From the human T2T-CHM13v2.0 reference genome, Homo sapiens: a stretch of DNA of 64,000 bases. The stretch lies in assembly GCF_009914755.1 (NCBI RefSeq), contig NC_060929.1, one strand, 5' to 3'. The first letter of the stretch is position 1. Each line of letters begins with the position of its first letter. Below, piece by piece: positions 58,327 through 64,000 of this stretch. The notes below the pieces were generated by a model. It was not told the origin of the DNA. It worked only from the letters and a program-made list of their open reading frames with translations, and searched no databases. The position numbers and the translations under genes were made by a program.

Positions 58327-60398
58327 ATATCATCGCATATAAACTAAACAGAAGCATTCTCAGAAACTTCTTTCTGATTTGTGCATTCAGCTCAGAGAGT
58401 TGAACCTTCCTTTTGATAGAGAAGTTTTGAAACACTCTTTTTGTAGAATCTGCAAGTGGATATTTGGAGCGCTTTGAGGCCTATGGTAGAAAAAGAAATA
58501 TCTTCATATAAAAACTAGACAGAAGCATTCTCAGAAACTTCTTTGTGATGTGTGCATTCAACTCACAGATTTGAACCTTCCTTTTTATAGAGCACTTTCG
58601 AAACACGCTTTTTTTAGGATCTGCAGGTGGATAATTTCACCGCTTTGAAGCCTTCATTGGAAACAGGAATATCTTCATATAAAAACTAGACAGAAGTGTT
58701 CTCAGAAAATTCTTTGTCATGTTTTCATTCAAGTCACAGAGTTGAACTTTCCTTTTGAAAGAGCAGTTTTGAAACACTCTTTTTGTAGAATCTGCAAGTG
58801 CATATTTGGACCACTTTAAGGCCTTTGTTGGAAACAGGAATATCTTCGCATAAAACTAGACAGAAGGATTCTCAGAAATTTCTTTGTGTTGTGTGCATTC
58901 AACTTACATAGTTGAACCTTTCTTTTGATAGAGCAATTTTGAAACACTCTTTTTGTAGGATCTGCAAGTGGACATTTAGAGCTCTTTGAGGGCTATGATG
59001 GAAAAGGAAATATCTTCATATAAAAATCAGACAGAAACATTCTCAGAAACTTCTTTGTGATGTTTACACTCAACTCACAGATTTGAACACACCTTTTCAT
59101 AGAGCAGTTTTGAAACTCTCCTTTGTAGAATCTGTAAGTGTATATTTAGACCACTTTGAGGCCTTCTGTGGAAAAGGAAGTATCTTCACATAAAAACTAG
59201 ACAGAAGCATTCTCAGACTTCTTTTTGATGTGTGCATTCAACTCACAGATTTGAACACACCTTTTTGTAGAGCAGTTTTGAAACTCTCTTTTTGTAGAAT
59301 CTGCAAGTGGATATTTGGACCACTTTGAGGCCTTCATTGGAAACGGGTATATCTTCACATAAAAACTAGACAGAAGCATTCTCAGAAACATCTTTGTGAT
59401 GTTTGCACTCAACTCACAGATTTGAACCCACCTTTTCATAGAGCAGTTTTGAAACTCTCTTTTTATACAATCTGTAAGTGGATATTTGGACTTCTTTGAG
59501 ACCTTCATTGGAAATGGGTATATCTTCACATAAAAATTAGACAGAAGCATTCTCAGAAACTTCTTTGTGATGTGTGCATTCAACTAACAGATTTGAACCA
59601 CTCTTTCAATAGGGAAGTTTTGTAACACTCTTATTGTTGATTCTACACGGGGACATTTTGAGCTCTTTGAGGCCAACTGTGGAAAAAGAATTATCTTCAC
59701 ATAAAACCTAGACAGAAGCATTCTCAGAAACTTCTTTGTGATATTTGCATTCAACTCACGGAGTTGAACCTTTCTTTTGATAGAGCAGTTTTGCAATGGT
59801 GTTTTTGTAGAATCTGCAAGTGGATATTTAGAGCGCTTTGAGGCCTTTTGTAGAAAAGGAAATATCTTCATATAAAAAATAGACAGAAGCATTTTCAGGA
59901 ACTACTTTGTGATGTGTGCATTCAACTCACAGAGTTTAACCTCTTTTGATAGAGCAGTTTGGAAACACTCTTTTTGTAGAATCTGCAAGTGGACATTTGG
60001 AGCACTTTGAGGGCTGTGGTGGAAAAAGAAATATCTTCACATAAAAACTAGACAGAAGCATTCTCAGAAACTTCTTTGTGTCATGTGCATTCAACTCACA
60101 GTCATGAACCTTTCTTTTGATAGAACAGTTTTCAAACACTCTTTTTCTAGAATCTGCAGGTGAATAATTGGAGCGATTTGAGGCCTATGGTAGAAAAGGA
60201 AATACCTTCATATAAAAACTAGACAGAAGCATTCTCAGGAAACACTTTGTGATGTGTGTATTCAACTCACAGAGTTGAACCTTTCTTTTAATAGAGCAGT
60301 TTTGAAACGCTCTTTTTGTAGAATTTGCATGTGAACATTTGGAGCACTTTGAGGGCTATGGTGGAAAGGGAAATATCTTCACATAAAAACTAGACAGA

Positions 60399-61302
60399 GG
60401 GAGGAGCCAAGGTGCCTGAATAAGAACAGCTCCGGTCTACAACTCCCACTGTGAGTGAGGCAGAAGATGGGTGATTTCTGCATTTCCATCTGAGGTACCG
60501 TGTTCATCTCACTGCGGAGTGCCCGACAGTGGATGCAGTTCAGTGGGTGCGTGCACCGTGTGTGAGCTGAAACATAGTGAGGCATTGCCTCACTCAGGAA
60601 GTGCAAAGGGTCAGGGAGTTCCACTTCCTAGTCAAAGAAAGGGGTGATGGACGTCACCGGGAAAGTCGGGTCACTCCCACCCAAGTGCTGTACTTTTCCT
60701 ATGGGCTTGGGGAATGGGCACCAGGAGATTATATCCTGCACATGGCTCAGAGGGTCCTACGCCCATGCAGTCTTGCTGATTGCTACCACAGCAGTATGAG
60801 ATCAAACTGCAAGGCGGCAGCGAGGCTGCTGGAGGGGTGCTCACCATTGCCCAGGCTTGCCTAGGTAAACAAAGCAGCCCAGAAGCTCGAACTGGGTGGA
60901 GTCCACCACAGCTCAAGGAGGCCTGCCTGCCACTGTAGGCTCCACCTCTGCAGGCAGGGCACAGACAAACAAAAAGGCAGCAGTAACTTCTGCAGACTTA
61001 AATGTCCCTGTCTGACAGCTTTGAAGAGAGCAGCCGTTCCTCCAGCACACACCTGGAGATCTGAGAATGGGCAGACTGCCTCCTCAAGTGGGTCCCTCAC
61101 CACTGACCCCCAAGAAGCCTAACTGGGAGGCACCCCCTAGCAGGGACAGACGGACACTTCACACGGCCGGGTACTCCAACCGACCTGCATCTGAGGGTCC
61201 TGTCTGTTAGAAGGAAAACTAACAAACACAAAGGACATCCACACCAAAAACCCATGTGTACATCACCATCAACAAAGACCAAAAGTAGATAAAACCACAA
61301 AG
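60399..61302 (+). promoter_or_regulatory. L1 5'UTR internal sense and antisense promoter, CpG-decayed
   Basis: GC-rich island inside AT-rich satellite, recognisably the L1PA 5'UTR, ending AAAACCACAAAG-ATG. Confidence 0.85.
60671..60847 (-). pseudogene. L1 antisense ORF0 homologue with a frameshifted C-terminus
   Basis: MVSTPPAASLPPCSLISYCCGSNQQDCMGVGPSEPCAGYNLLV resembles recalled ORF0 MAGAPPPASLPPCSLISDCCASNQRDSVGVGPSEPG; ATG is the CAT at 60845-60847; 58 aa. Confidence 0.8.
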
Positions 61303-62319
61303 ATGGGGAAAAAAACGAGCAGAAAAACTGGAAATTCTAAAAAGCTGAGTACCTCTCCTCCTCTAAAGGAACACAGTTCCCCATCAGCAACGGAGCAAAG
61401 CTGGATGGAGGATGACTTTGACGAGCTGAGAGAAGAAGGCTTCACATGATCAAATTAATCCGAGCTATAGAAGGACATTCAAACCAAAGGCAAAGAAGTT
61501 CTAAACATTTTTTAAAAATTAGAAGAATGTATAACTAGAATAACCAATATGAAGAAGTGCTTAAAGGAGCTGATGGAGCTGAAAACCAAGGCTCGAGAAC
61601 TACGTGAAAAATGCAGAAGCCTCAGGAGCTGATGCAATTAACTGGAAGAAAGGGTATCAGTGATGGAAGATGAAATGAAGGAAATGAAGTGAGAAGGGAA
61701 GTTTAGAGAAAAAAGAAAAAAAAGAAATGAGCAAAGCCTCCAAGAAATATGGGACTATATGGAAAGAACAAATCTACGTCTGATTGGTGTACCTGAAAGT
61801 GATGGGGAGAATGCAACCAAGTTGGAAAACACTCTGCAGGATATTATCCAGGAGAACTTCCCCAATCTAGCAAGGCAGGCCAACATTCAGATTCAGGAAA
61901 TACAGAGAACCCCACAAAGATACTCCTTGAGAAGAGCAACTCCAAGACACATAATTGTCAGGTTCACCAAAGTTGAAATGAAGGAAAAAATGCTCAGGGC
62001 AGCCAGAGAGAAAGGTTGGGTTACCCTCAAAGCGAAGCCCATCAGAATAACAGTAGATCTCTCAGCAGAATCTCTACAAGCCATAAGAGAGTGGGGGCCA
62101 ATATTCAACATTCATAAAGAAAAGTATTTTCATCCCAGAATTTCATATCCAGCCAAACTAAGCTTCATAAGTGAAGGAGAAATAAAATACTTTACAGATA
62201 AGCAAATGCTGAGAGATTTTGTCACCACCAGGCCTGCCCTAAAAGAGCTCCTGAAGGAAGTGCTAAACATGGAAAGGAACAACAGGTACCAGCCGCTGCA
62301 AAATCATTACAAAATGTAA
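61303..62319 (+). pseudogene. L1 ORF1p, disrupted
   Basis: Starts ATGGGGAAAAAA; several stops in the 5' half; only 61759-62319 is open (...NMERNNRYQPLQNHYKM*). Confidence 0.92.
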
Positions 62320-62382
62320 AGACCATCAAGACTAGGAAGAAACTGCATCAAATAACGAGCAAAATGACCAGTTCACATCATA

Positions 62383-64000
<1,618 letters not shown>

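Larger units (their letters stand above)
54832..60398 (+). repeat. Alpha satellite, mixed A/B monomers (SF5-like), opposite orientation
   Basis: CAGAAGCATTCTCAGAAACTTCTTTGTGATGTGTGCATTCAACTCACAGAG at ~171-bp period. Confidence 0.93.

Overview
Primate (human/great-ape-like) pericentromeric DNA. About 54 kb is divergent ~171-bp alpha satellite in distinguishable layers: an ancient-type layer at 1-10.6 kb, A-box-only old layers at 10.6-25.7 kb and 32.1-35.6 kb, and mixed A/B-box monomers with CENP-B boxes at 25.7-30.6 kb and 35.6-60.4 kb. Three dead L1PA2/L1PA3-like LINE-1 copies interrupt it: 5'-truncated (2479-7403), 5'-inverted (30648-32122) and one with a complete 5' end running off the window (60399-64000). 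Satellite strand convention: '+' reads CATTCTCAGAAAC..GTGATGTGTGCATTC. Orientation flips at ~457, across L1 no.1, and at ~54831. There are no host genes, and the satellite ORFs are artefacts of the 171 = 57 x 3 period. I see no novel enzymatic or defence system. The notable signals are structural: the three L1s share non-consensus substitutions, two L1s sit on rearrangement junctions without TSDs, and the 'monomeric' satellite hides decayed higher-order repeats. All comparisons were made by eye, and consensus sequences are recalled rather than aligned.
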